IMG/VR virus record: IMGVR_UViG_2703718831_000001
Length of the DNA: 23,294 nucleotides
Source: a virus
Lineage: Duplodnaviria; Heunggongvirae; Uroviricota; Caudoviricetes
Strand: one strand, 5' to 3'
Shown here: positions 9,433 to 17,971 of the stretch, in pieces
Layout of the letters: every line of letters begins with the position of its first letter
How positions within the stretch are numbered: the stretch's first letter is position 1
The notes under the pieces: generated by a model
What the model was told of the DNA's origin: nothing
What the model saw: only the letters and a program-made list of their open reading frames with translations
Databases searched by the model: none
Made by a program: the position numbers and the translations under genes

Positions 9433-9460
9433 GGCCCGCTAGGAATGGCGGGCCTTTGCT
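9433..9460 (+). terminator. GC-rich hairpin followed by a short T-tract (putative terminator)
   Basis: GGCCCGC (9433-9439) / GCGGGCC (9448-9454) perfect 7-bp stem with an 8-nt loop, followed by TTTGCTT. Confidence 0.45.
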
Positions 9461-9502
9461 TATGTCATGCAGGCGCATGAAAACCACTACATAAAGCGGG
9501 CA

Positions 9503-9521
9503 GGCGTGGCGGGGATACGAG
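9503..9521. other. Candidate cos cohesive-end sequence (GGCGTGGCGGGGATACGAG)
   Basis: The first 13 nt match my recollection of the 186/P2 cohesive ends (GGCGTGGCGGGGAAAGCAT / GGCGAGGCGGGGAAAGCAC). It lies in a GC-rich island between two AT-rich cargo segments, with gene Q oriented toward it. It is about 1.5 kb from Q, farther than in P2. Confidence 0.35.
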
Positions 9522-9660
9522 CGCGCGTTGTGGCTTGCAGCGGTGATTCTTTACATAGTGTTATCTTGAATTTATTGTAGCATTTTCGTAACAAACTAAG
9601 GTTCTTCGATTGCATAGATAGGAAAAAGTGTTTGTTTGTTAGTCACTGCTTGATTACACT

Positions 9661-9681
9661 CGTCTACTCTTGAAGTAGACG
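9661..9681. promoter_or_regulatory. Perfect 8-bp inverted repeat CGTCTACT-N5-AGTAGACG upstream of the three-gene cargo operon
   Basis: Palindrome ending about 57 bp upstream of the 9738 start codon: candidate operator or RNA hairpin. Confidence 0.35.
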
Positions 9682-9737
9682 ATAGGTATTCGCTAGCACT
9701 TTAGGGTAATCAAACAACCTGTAAAGAGAGGATTATT

Positions 9738-10310
9738 GTGCAGGTAGTTCATATAGGGTTTCATAACTGCCTTAATCGTGGCAGTTATGAGACGATACGG
9801 CAAAGCGTACCCTTTTTAAGCCGTTCAGGCCCTAAACAATGGTTAACTCAAGGTTACTATTTTTGGACTGATGACCCATACTGGGCTCATCAGTGGAACG
9901 AAGGTCATGATACGGTGATTAGTGAATTTTCTATCACCTTTGATTCAAAGGATGAGTTGCTTGATTTGGTTGGAAATGCTCGAGATATCAGGCAATTTGA
10001 AGCTATGCGTCAGAAAGTTGCCAGTACTTTGACTCGAATGAGCGCCTTGCATATCACAGTCAATCAGGTCATTAGCTTTTTTAGAGAGCTCGAGCAATCT
10101 GATGATTTTAAAGGCGTATTTCCATATGCTGCTGTTAAGGCACAAGATAGTACGAAAGTGTCTAATCTTATAAGACTTAACTTTGTAGATGAGCGCCCAG
10201 AACAGATGGTTTCATTTACCCGTCAGCAAATGTGTGTTTATGAACATGCTCGAGGTAAGATAGAGTTTAGAAGATTTATCTTTCCAGAGCATTTCTGTGA
10301 GAAGGATTAA
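9738..10310 (+). CDS. Hypothetical protein, first gene of a three-gene cargo operon
   Basis: 190-aa ORF with GTG start and AGAGAGGA RBS 5 nt upstream. AT-rich. No recognisable motif. Confidence 0.55.
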   Translation: MQVVHIGFHNCLNRGSYETIRQSVPFLSRSGPKQWLTQGYYFWTDDPYWAHQWNEGHDTVISEFSITFDSKDELLDLVGNARDIRQFEAMRQKVASTLTRMSALHITVNQVISFFRELEQSDDFKGVFPYAAVKAQDSTKVSNLIRLNFVDERPEQMVSFTRQQMCVYEHARGKIEFRRFIFPEHFCEKD

Positions 10311-10319
10311 GGAGGAAAA

Positions 10320-10553
10320 ATGCTTTCCTTTGAACAAAGAATGGCCTTACTTAACAAGGCATTACAGCAGTATACTCCTGAGTCGCTTTATGAAAAATTA
10401 AGCTCGTACCCGGCTTATGGACCAACAATCGTAAGCTACGAGCTTCCAAGCTCTGAAGGGTTCATTACATTGAGACCACGTCTGATCAATCATGCTGCTG
10501 AACGTTCAGTGGATTTCTTTTCAGATGATACTGAATTGGATTTAGCGGCCTGA
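10320..10553 (+). CDS. Hypothetical small protein, second gene of the cargo operon
   Basis: 77-aa ORF with a strong GGAGG RBS, 9 nt after the upstream stop. Confidence 0.5.
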   Translation: MLSFEQRMALLNKALQQYTPESLYEKLSSYPAYGPTIVSYELPSSEGFITLRPRLINHAAERSVDFFSDDTELDLAA

Positions 10554-10555
10554 CG

Positions 10556-10945
10556 ATGAAACTAAGATTACGGGATAATACTGTTACTCGACTGTTGTTT
10601 GTCGATGCTGAAGGGCGCAAAATCGAATCTGGTTTTGCGCTTCGATTTAAGCCCATTTTTGATGAAAATCCGCGCGAATTTTCAGTATTGTTTGATTTTT
10701 ATTACATTACTGAGAATGATCGGGCATTACGAGTCGAGTTTCAAAGTGTTTTTGAAACAGATAAAGACATTGACGATTCTTTTAAAGAATCGAAGTTTCC
10801 AGTTGTTAATGCTCCTGCGATATCGTTCCCGTTTTTACGTTCGTTTGTTGCCAATTTTTTGATGACAAGTGGGTATACACCGATCCTGCTTCCTAGCTTT
10901 AACTTTACAACTTTTGAACAGGATATCGGGAAGTTTCCTAACTGA
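10556..10945 (+). CDS. Hypothetical protein, third gene of the cargo operon
   Basis: 129-aa ORF whose ATG lies 2 nt after the upstream stop (TGACGATG), followed directly by a terminator. Confidence 0.5.
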   Translation: MKLRLRDNTVTRLLFVDAEGRKIESGFALRFKPIFDENPREFSVLFDFYYITENDRALRVEFQSVFETDKDIDDSFKESKFPVVNAPAISFPFLRSFVANFLMTSGYTPILLPSFNFTTFEQDIGKFPN

Positions 10946-10946
10946 G

Positions 10947-10976
10947 AAAAGGGCTATGTTTAGCCCTTTTTTATTA
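10947..10976. terminator. Rho-independent terminator, likely bidirectional (cargo operon and gene Q)
   Basis: GGGCTA / TAGCCC stem (10951-10966) flanked by AAAA upstream and TTTTTTATT downstream, between convergent ORFs. Confidence 0.6.
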
Positions 10977-10983
10977 AGTTGAT

Positions 10984-12027
10984 TCAATTTTTATCTAAGC
11001 TCATGGTGTAAGGCTCGAAGCGGATCACTTCTTCACCAAGCCAGTCGTTAAGCTCCTGTAGCCTTTTCTGTAGTGGGATAAGTTCGTTGCGAACAAAAAC
11101 TTTGCTGGCTTTCTCTACATCCCCAAAACCCCCAACATTATTCGGCATAATCCCCATCATCTGTGGCGGAACACGATGCGCGGCCATCATGTCATCACGA
11201 CTCACGTTCTTGATGTTCAGAAATTCATCTTTCGCTGCGACTTCTGACAACGGGATGATCTGAAGCCCGTCCTTTTTGCCGTTAGGCGAGTACATAAACA
11301 GGTTGCGGAAGTTACCCGGTCCTTTGGCGCTTTTCATCGCGTGGCGGAGGTTGTTCACGTCCTCCTGGTTCTGCGCGGCATCGGTCATGTACATGATGAA
11401 GCCAGCATGACTGCCGTTTATGTAATACTTTCGACGGAACAGCGTGGCGGACTCATTGAGCAGGGCGGACGGAATAGCAGAAAGATAGCCGGGCAGGCCA
11501 TAGATCTCCTGATTTATGTCCGGTTCCATCAGATGGAAAATGCTGCCTTTCGTGAACTGATACGGCTGCGTGGTCATGCCGTATTGCACAAACCAGTAGG
11601 TATCCAGGTCTAACCCGCGTCGGGTGTATTTTGCCAGCGCAGGCTCAAGGGCGATAACTTCACCGAAGCGGTTAGTGCGTTTCTCCAGGTAGGCGTTACC
11701 AAATACCAGATAGTCCTGCACAAAACGCGAAAAAGCCTGCTGGCTGAGCAGCGGGTGAGGGATGTAGGTGCTGGTCAGAATGTTGCATTTCACCGCAATT
11801 GGTGAACTGTGATGCACGGCAGCGCGGAAGGTGCGCGCCAGTCCGTCAAAGCTGACAGGAGGCTCATACCAGCGATCTGTCTGTACGCATTCCACATAGT
11901 CCAGCAGTTCGCGGCGGTCAAGTACAGGAACGGGATCACCGAAGCTGAATGCTTCGGCTGAAGTCTGGCTTTTATGCTTGAGCTGATTCGTCGCCGCAGC
12001 GCGGTTTTTCTTACTCTTTCCCATCAA
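10984..12027 (-). CDS. Q: Portal protein, P2 gpQ family
   Basis: 347-aa ORF, same size as P2 gpQ, coupled to the upstream terminase ATPase gene and lying beside the cos-like region. Confidence 0.85.
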   Translation of the reverse strand: MMGKSKKNRAAATNQLKHKSQTSAEAFSFGDPVPVLDRRELLDYVECVQTDRWYEPPVSFDGLARTFRAAVHHSSPIAVKCNILTSTYIPHPLLSQQAFSRFVQDYLVFGNAYLEKRTNRFGEVIALEPALAKYTRRGLDLDTYWFVQYGMTTQPYQFTKGSIFHLMEPDINQEIYGLPGYLSAIPSALLNESATLFRRKYYINGSHAGFIMYMTDAAQNQEDVNNLRHAMKSAKGPGNFRNLFMYSPNGKKDGLQIIPLSEVAAKDEFLNIKNVSRDDMMAAHRVPPQMMGIMPNNVGGFGDVEKASKVFVRNELIPLQKRLQELNDWLGEEVIRFEPYTMSLDKN

Positions 12028-13790
12028 AAAATCTCCACAATATTGCTGGTATTGGCGGACTCGCCCTGCAGCGGTTCGTTAAACAGTGCGTGCATCGTTG
12101 CCCAGGCCAGATCGGCGTGGCTGGCTTCTTCGCTGCGGCTGGCTTCATAGGTCGGGCGGTTGCCACTGGCGGTGGTGGCGCGACGGATTGCCATAAATGA
12201 CTGCGCTATGTCGGTGTGTCCGGCGTCAAACTCCAGACGACGGTGACTGATAATGTCGTAGGCTTTGAGTACCAGGGCGTTTTTAACGTTGGGGTTGTAG
12301 ACAAACTCCCGGACGGCAGGAAAGAACGCTTTCACGTTCTCGTAAACCCCGTGACCGACACCTGTTGAGTCGATGCCGATATAGGTCACGTTGTACTGTT
12401 CGGTCAGTTTTTTGATGGCGTCAGCCTGGGCGCGGAAGTCCATCCCGCGCCACTGGTGACGCTCAAGAATGCGAAACTTACCGCCTGGCACGGCTGGCGG
12501 TGCCACCACCACGCATCCGGCGCTGTCGCCGTTCTGCGTACCTTTTGCCGGGTCATAACCGATCCACACCTCGCGCCAGCCAAACGGGCGCAGGGCCAGT
12601 GCATGAAAGTCGGTCCAGACTTCCCAACTGTCCACCATGCACGCCTGCAGTTCGCTGAGCGGGAACACGGACGCGAGATCGTCCACGAACTCGCACATCA
12701 GCAGGTTCTGGTATTCGTCCGGGCTGTACTCCATGCGTAGCTGGTCGAGGTCGAACAGGTTACAGCCGCCGCGCACCGCATCTTCCACGGTGACTATCTG
12801 GCGGTATTGCCCGTCTGCGCACAGCAGGCCGGGGGCCAGATTGCTGTGGGACAGGTCGATGTCCACCTTGTCGGCTTTGTTGCGTCCACGGTTGAACAGC
12901 GCACCGGACCAGAACGGATAAGCACTGTGGGTCAGGCTGGATGGCGTGGAAAAATAGGTTTGTCGCCATTTTTTGTGAATAGCCATACCGGAAGCCACTT
13001 TACGCAACTCCTGAAATTTCGGTATCCAGAAATATTCATCCAGATACAGGTTGCCGTGATAACTCTGGGCAGTGCGGGCATTGGTGCCGAGGAAGTAAAG
13101 CGTGGCACCGTTAGGAAGCACCATCGGATCACCTTTCAGCTCCACCTCCACTTCTTTGGCGAAGTCGATGATGTACTGCTTAAAGACGTGGGCCTGTGCC
13201 TTGCTGGCGGAAAGGAAAATCTGGTTACGTCCGGTCAGCAGGGCGTCAATCAGGGCTTCACGGGCAAAATAGAAGGTTGCGCCGATCTGGCGTGACTTCA
13301 GCAGGTTGCGGATGCGGTTGGTTTTTCCGGCTTCCCACCAGTGGCGCTGGTAGTTGAACATGGAGGAATGGAAGATTTCTTCCAGCTTCTCAATCTGTTC
13401 ATCGGTGAAAACATTCTTTTCCGGCTGACGGCGTGGGCCTTTGTTGCGGTTGGCGACGTTAGGGTTTAAGTCGGCTTCGTTGCCGCCATTGTTAAACTTG
13501 CCGATCCGCGCGTGGCGCTCCGACTGGCGCGCCAGCAGGTCAATCTCTTTGAAATCTTTCCCTTCTTTGTGCTCCTTCATAATGAGCTGGCAGTAGCGTG
13601 CGGCGGTGGTGAGCTGCATCTGATCCAGCGGCCCATAGTCACCCCACTTGTCGCGTTTTTTCCAGCTGTGAACAGTTGCAACTTTCTCGCCCAGCATTTC
13701 AGCAATGCGGGCGACGCGGTATCCCTGAAAGTACAGCAGCATGGCCTGCCGACGGGGATCGAGATCTGCGGGTGTCAGTGTGGTGTTCAT
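12024..13790 (-). CDS. P: Terminase large (ATPase) subunit, P2 gpP family
   Basis: 588-aa ORF (P2 gpP is about 590 aa) in a P-Q operon divergent from O-N-M. Confidence 0.85.
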   Translation of the reverse strand: MNTTLTPADLDPRRQAMLLYFQGYRVARIAEMLGEKVATVHSWKKRDKWGDYGPLDQMQLTTAARYCQLIMKEHKEGKDFKEIDLLARQSERHARIGKFNNGGNEADLNPNVANRNKGPRRQPEKNVFTDEQIEKLEEIFHSSMFNYQRHWWEAGKTNRIRNLLKSRQIGATFYFAREALIDALLTGRNQIFLSASKAQAHVFKQYIIDFAKEVEVELKGDPMVLPNGATLYFLGTNARTAQSYHGNLYLDEYFWIPKFQELRKVASGMAIHKKWRQTYFSTPSSLTHSAYPFWSGALFNRGRNKADKVDIDLSHSNLAPGLLCADGQYRQIVTVEDAVRGGCNLFDLDQLRMEYSPDEYQNLLMCEFVDDLASVFPLSELQACMVDSWEVWTDFHALALRPFGWREVWIGYDPAKGTQNGDSAGCVVVAPPAVPGGKFRILERHQWRGMDFRAQADAIKKLTEQYNVTYIGIDSTGVGHGVYENVKAFFPAVREFVYNPNVKNALVLKAYDIISHRRLEFDAGHTDIAQSFMAIRRATTASGNRPTYEASRSEEASHADLAWATMHALFNEPLQGESANTSNIVEIF

Positions 13791-13836
13791 GGCACAAACC
13801 TACAGCCTTGAATGAAGGCTTTCCCCGCCTGCGGTT

Positions 13837-13854
13837 TGTGTGGTTGTCAGTACA
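13837..13854. promoter_or_regulatory. TGT-N12-ACA dyad: candidate Ogr/B-type late-activator site in the divergent P / O promoter region
   Basis: TGTgtggttgtcagtACA in the 142-bp P-O intergenic region. The centre is about 87 bp upstream of the O start codon. Confidence 0.45.
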
Positions 13855-13932
13855 AATACCGTGCATTGTTTCACTGCCCCCATCACCGCAACCATAAGGC
13901 TCCAGTAAGTTTTTTCTAACGGAGCACGGCTC

Positions 13933-14766
13933 ATGACAGTGAAAGCAAAGCGTTTTCGCATCGGGGTGGAAGGTGCCACCACCGACGGACGCGAAATCCA
14001 GCGTGAATGGCTGGAACAGATGGCAGCTAGCTACAACCCGGCGGTGTATACCGCGCTGATTAACCTTGAGCACATCAAGTCTTATCTGCCGGACAGCACC
14101 TTTAACCGCTACGGCAAGGTGACGGCGCTGTTTGCTGAAGAAATCACGGAAGGTCCGTTGGCAGGCAAGATGGCGCTGTATGCCGACGTTGAGCCAACGG
14201 AATCCCTGGTTGAACTGGTGAAAAAAGGCCAGAAATTATTCACCTCTATGGAAGTCAGCCCGAAGTTTGCTGATACGGGCAAAGCCTACCTGGTCGGCCT
14301 GGCTGCCACTGATGACCCTGCCAGTCTGGGCACTGAAATGCTGACATTCAGCGCCAGTGCAGCCCATAACCCACTGGCAAACCGCAAGCAGAATCCTGCC
14401 AATCTCTTTACCGCTGCAGAGGAAACGGTGATCGAACTGGAAGAAATCCAGGACGACAAACCGTCCCTGTTTGCCCGTGTCACGGCGCTGTTTACCAAAA
14501 AAGAGCAGTCCGATGACGCCCGGTTCGCTGATGTGCATAAGGCCGTGGAGCTGGTCGCCACTGAGCAGCAGAACCTGAGCGCACGCACCGAAAAATCCCT
14601 GTCTGAGCAGGAAGAACGCCTGTCTGAGCTGGAGACAGCCCTGCAGGCACAGCTGACCGCCTTTAACGAACTGGTGGACAAGCTGAGCCATGAAGACAGC
14701 CGCCAGGACTACCGCCAGCGTGCAACAGGCGGTAACGCCCCCGCTGACACTCTGACCAATTGCTGA
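13933..14766 (+). CDS. O: Capsid scaffolding protein, P2 gpO family
   Basis: 277-aa ORF with GGAG RBS, first gene of the O-N-M head operon, with an acidic coiled-coil-like C-terminal half. Confidence 0.85.
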   Translation: MTVKAKRFRIGVEGATTDGREIQREWLEQMAASYNPAVYTALINLEHIKSYLPDSTFNRYGKVTALFAEEITEGPLAGKMALYADVEPTESLVELVKKGQKLFTSMEVSPKFADTGKAYLVGLAATDDPASLGTEMLTFSASAAHNPLANRKQNPANLFTAAEETVIELEEIQDDKPSLFARVTALFTKKEQSDDARFADVHKAVELVATEQQNLSARTEKSLSEQEERLSELETALQAQLTAFNELVDKLSHEDSRQDYRQRATGGNAPADTLTNC

Positions 14767-14782
14767 TGGAGCACAAAACCTG

Positions 14783-15841
14783 ATGAAGAAGAATACCCGC
14801 TTTGCTTTTAACGCTTACCTGCAGCAGCTGGCGCGTCTGAACGGTGTGGCTGTTGAAGAACTGTCCAGCAAATTCACCGTAGAGCCGTCTGTACAGCAGA
14901 CGCTGGAAGACCAGATCCAGCAGTCCGCCGCTTTCCTGACGCTGATTAATGTCACCCCGGTGACTGAACAGTCCGGTCAGTTGCTTGGATTGGGGGTTGG
15001 CAGCACCATTGCAGGAACCACTGATACCTCCGCGAAAGAGCGTGAGCCTGTCGATCCGACGCTGATGGTCGATGTGGAATATAAATGCGAGCAGACCAAC
15101 TTTGACACGGTGCTGACCTACGCGAAGCTGGACCTGTGGGCGAAGTTTCAGGATTTCCAGGTGCGTATCCGTGACGCCATCGTGAAACGTCAGGCACTGG
15201 ACCGCATCATGATCGGCTTTAACGGCGTGAAGCGTGCGAAAACCTCCAACCGTAGCGAAAACCCGCTGCTGCAGGATGTGAACAAAGGCTGGCTGCAGAA
15301 AATCCGTGAGGATGCATCGGATCACGTCATGGGCAGCACCACCACGGGCGGTGAAACCACACCGGGTGCGGTGAAAGTCGGGAAAGGTGGCGAATATGCC
15401 AACCTGGACGCAGTGGTGATGGATGCCGTCAATGAGCTTATCGACGTGGTCTACCAGGACGATGACGATCTGGTGGTGATTTGCGGGCGTGAACTGCTGT
15501 CTGACAAGTATTTCCCGCTGGTCAACAAAGAGCAGGAAAACAGTGAAAAACTGGCTGCCGATATGATCATCAGTCAGAAGCGCATGGGGGGCCTGCAGGC
15601 CGTGCGTGCGCCGTTCTTCCCGCCGAATGCATTGCTGATCACCCGTCTGGATAACCTGTCCATCTACTGGCAGGAAGACACCCGTCGCCGTTCAGTTATC
15701 GACAACCCGAAACGTGACCGGATTGAAAATTTTGAATCCGTTAACGAAGCCTATGTGGTTGAGGACTACCGCTGCGCCGCACTGGTGGAAAACATCCAGA
15801 TTGGCGATTTCAGCGCCGCTGCAGCAGAAACCGGAGCGTAA
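14783..15841 (+). CDS. N: Major capsid protein, P2 gpN family
   Basis: 352-aa ORF (P2 gpN is 357 aa) immediately after the scaffold gene. Confidence 0.9.
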   Translation: MKKNTRFAFNAYLQQLARLNGVAVEELSSKFTVEPSVQQTLEDQIQQSAAFLTLINVTPVTEQSGQLLGLGVGSTIAGTTDTSAKEREPVDPTLMVDVEYKCEQTNFDTVLTYAKLDLWAKFQDFQVRIRDAIVKRQALDRIMIGFNGVKRAKTSNRSENPLLQDVNKGWLQKIREDASDHVMGSTTTGGETTPGAVKVGKGGEYANLDAVVMDAVNELIDVVYQDDDDLVVICGRELLSDKYFPLVNKEQENSEKLAADMIISQKRMGGLQAVRAPFFPPNALLITRLDNLSIYWQEDTRRRSVIDNPKRDRIENFESVNEAYVVEDYRCAALVENIQIGDFSAAAAETGA

Positions 15842-15844
15842 TTC

Positions 15845-16495
15845 ATGAGCCTGAGTCCCGCACGGCAGCATCGCCTGCGCGTCCAGGCTGAACAGGCCGC
15901 CCGCGAGGGCGGCAGTGTTCGCCACGCGTCGGGCTATGACCTGATGCTGCTGCAACTGGCGGAAGACCGCCGCCGTCTCAAGGGTGTTCAGTCCACGGTC
16001 AAAAAAGCGGAAATCAAGGTGGAGCTGCTGCCGAAGTACGCCGACTGGGCAGAGGGTGTCCTGGCTGCCGGAGGCGCACAGCAGGATGACGTGCTGATGT
16101 ACGTGATGCTGTGGCGCATTGATGCCGGAGATTATGCCGGGGCGCTGGAGATCGGGCGTCACGCCCTGCGTCATGGCTGGGTGATGCCGTTAGGTAACCG
16201 CAACGTGCAGACCGTGCTGGCAGAGGAAATGGCAGATGCAGCCCAGAGCGCAATGCTTGCCGCCACCGGCTTTGATGCCGATCTGTTGCTGCAGACGCTG
16301 GAGCTGACAGACGGTATGGATATGCCGGACCAGTCACGGGCGCGTCTGCATAAAGCGATTGGCGCTGTCCTGAGTGAAAACAATCCGGCGTCCGCCCTTA
16401 ATCATCTCAACCATGCGTTACAGCTCGATCCCCGCTGTGGCGTGAAAAAAGATAAACAGCAGCTGGAGCGCAGACTGCGCAATGACAGCCGCTGA
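15845..16495 (+). CDS. M: Terminase small (endonuclease) subunit, P2 gpM family
   Basis: 216-aa ORF starting 3 nt after the N stop; position and size match gpM. Confidence 0.8.
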   Translation: MSLSPARQHRLRVQAEQAAREGGSVRHASGYDLMLLQLAEDRRRLKGVQSTVKKAEIKVELLPKYADWAEGVLAAGGAQQDDVLMYVMLWRIDAGDYAGALEIGRHALRHGWVMPLGNRNVQTVLAEEMADAAQSAMLAATGFDADLLLQTLELTDGMDMPDQSRARLHKAIGAVLSENNPASALNHLNHALQLDPRCGVKKDKQQLERRLRNDSR

Positions 16496-16590
16496 CAGAA
16501 CGTGCCCCCGCGCACGGGCGGCACGGGGTGGCGAAAGGCACTGCCACATCAAAACCCCGTCCACCGCCCTTTATTTCAGGAGAAAGCAGC

Positions 16591-17055
16591 ATGAAGTTTG
16601 TTGCGCCAGAACAGGCACCGGAACAGGCGGAAATCATCAGAAATACGCCGTTCTGGCCTGATGTGGACCTGTCGGAGTTTCGCAGTGTCATGCGCACTGA
16701 CGGCACGGTGACGCAGCCGCGTTTAAAGCAGGTTGCGCTGTCGGCAATTTCGGAGGTCAACGCAGAGCTGTATGAGTTTCGCAGACGCCAGCAGATGCTG
16801 GGGTATGCCTCGCTGGCAGAGGTTCCGGCGGAACAGCTGGACGGCAAAAGTGAGCGCATTCAGCACTATTTCAACGCGGTTTACTGCTGGGCACGCGCCA
16901 TGCTCAACGAACGTTACCAGGACTATGACACCACGGCATCCGGTGTGAAGCGGGGCGAGGAACTGGCGGAAGCCAGCGGTGATTTATGGCGTGACGCCCG
17001 CTGGGCCATCAGCCGGGTACAGGACGCGCCGCACTGCACAGTGGAGCTTATCTGA
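16591..17055 (+). CDS. L: Head completion/stabilisation protein, P2 gpL family
   Basis: 154 aa from the ATG at 16591, which follows AGGAGA. The ORF-track extension to 16528 lacks an RBS and crosses a structured GC-rich region. Confidence 0.8.
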   Translation: MKFVAPEQAPEQAEIIRNTPFWPDVDLSEFRSVMRTDGTVTQPRLKQVALSAISEVNAELYEFRRRQQMLGYASLAEVPAEQLDGKSERIQHYFNAVYCWARAMLNERYQDYDTTASGVKRGEELAEASGDLWRDARWAISRVQDAPHCTVELI

Positions 17056-17258
17056 TGAAAGTGCGTGCGCATCAGTATGACACGGTGGACGCGCTTTGCT
17101 GGCGTCATTACGGGCGCACGCAGGGTGTCACGGAGCAGGTACTGAAGGCAAATCCGGGGCTTGCCGAATACGGCCCCTTTTTACCTCACGGGCTGCAGGT
17201 GGAGCTGCCGGACATTCCGGCAACCACCACCGTGCAGACCGTCCAGCTATGGGACTGA
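17055..17258 (+). CDS. X: Tail protein X, P2 gpX family
   Basis: 67 aa, identical in length to P2 gpX, with its recognisable pattern (YGRT.GV.E.VL.ANPGLAE...LPHG..VELPD). ATGA overlap with L. Confidence 0.85.
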   Translation: MKVRAHQYDTVDALCWRHYGRTQGVTEQVLKANPGLAEYGPFLPHGLQVELPDIPATTTVQTVQLWD

Positions 17259-17261
17259 ATT

Positions 17262-17477
17262 ATGACGCTTGAGCGAATCAGCGCCTTTATCACGTATTGC
17301 ATCGCCGTCGTGCTGGCCTGGCTGGGCGATTTGTCCATCAAGGATATCTCAACGCTGGGCGGCCTGATGATCGGTGTGCTGATGCTGGCTATCAACTGGT
17401 ACTACAAACACAAAGCCTACCAGCTTCTGCGCGACGGGCAGATCACGCGGGAGGACTATGAATCCATCAATCGTTAA
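17262..17477 (+). CDS. Holin, small two-TMD type (pinholin-like)
   Basis: 71-aa ORF with two hydrophobic helices and a charged C-terminus, immediately upstream of and overlapping the endolysin gene. Confidence 0.6.
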   Translation: MTLERISAFITYCIAVVLAWLGDLSIKDISTLGGLMIGVLMLAINWYYKHKAYQLLRDGQITREDYESINR

Positions 17478-17970
17478 ACGCTGCCTTGTCGGGACCGTGC
17501 TGGCTATTGCTGCCACGCTGCCGGGTTTTCAGCAGCTTCACACCTCCGTGGAAGGACTGAAACTGATTGCCGATCACGAAGGCTGTCGTCTGCAGCCGTA
17601 TCAGTGCAGCGCGGGTGTATGGACTGACGGCATTGGTAATACGTCGGGCGTCATTCCCGGCAAAACCATTACGGAACGACAGGCAGCAGAAGGGCTTATC
17701 TCCAACGTGCTGCGTGTGGAGCGGGCGCTGGAAAGGTGTGTGAAGCAACAGCCGCCACAAAAGGTGTATGACTCGGTGGTGTCGTTTGCCTTCAACGTGG
17801 GGACAGGCAATGCCTGCAGCTCCACGCTGGTGAAATTGCTCAATCAGCGGCGCTGGGCGGATGCGTGCCGACAGTTGCCGCGCTGGGTTTATGTAAAAGG
17901 TGTGTTTAATCAGGGGCTGGATAACCGCCGTGCGCGGGAGATGGCCTGGTGTTTACAGGGAGCAAACTGA
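17458..17970 (+). CDS. Endolysin, T4-lysozyme-like muramidase with N-terminal SAR (signal-anchor-release) domain
   Basis: 170 aa. Hydrophobic N-terminus (CLVGTVLAIAATL) followed by a lysozyme E-x8-C-x5-T region (EGLKLIADHEGCRLQPYQCSAGVWTDGIGNT). Confidence 0.85.
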   Translation: MNPSIVKRCLVGTVLAIAATLPGFQQLHTSVEGLKLIADHEGCRLQPYQCSAGVWTDGIGNTSGVIPGKTITERQAAEGLISNVLRVERALERCVKQQPPQKVYDSVVSFAFNVGTGNACSSTLVKLLNQRRWADACRQLPRWVYVKGVFNQGLDNRRAREMAWCLQGAN

Positions 17971-17971
17971 A

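Noticed and set aside
12807-13295. 162-aa + strand ORF (and several others from 12404 to 12969) inside the terminase ATPase gene
   Set aside because: Antisense to the P gene in GC-rich DNA, where long spurious open frames are expected. No independent signal.
14663-15325. 220-aa minus-strand ORF overlapping the major capsid gene
   Set aside because: Antisense to gene N, proline/arginine-rich low-complexity translation, no RBS.
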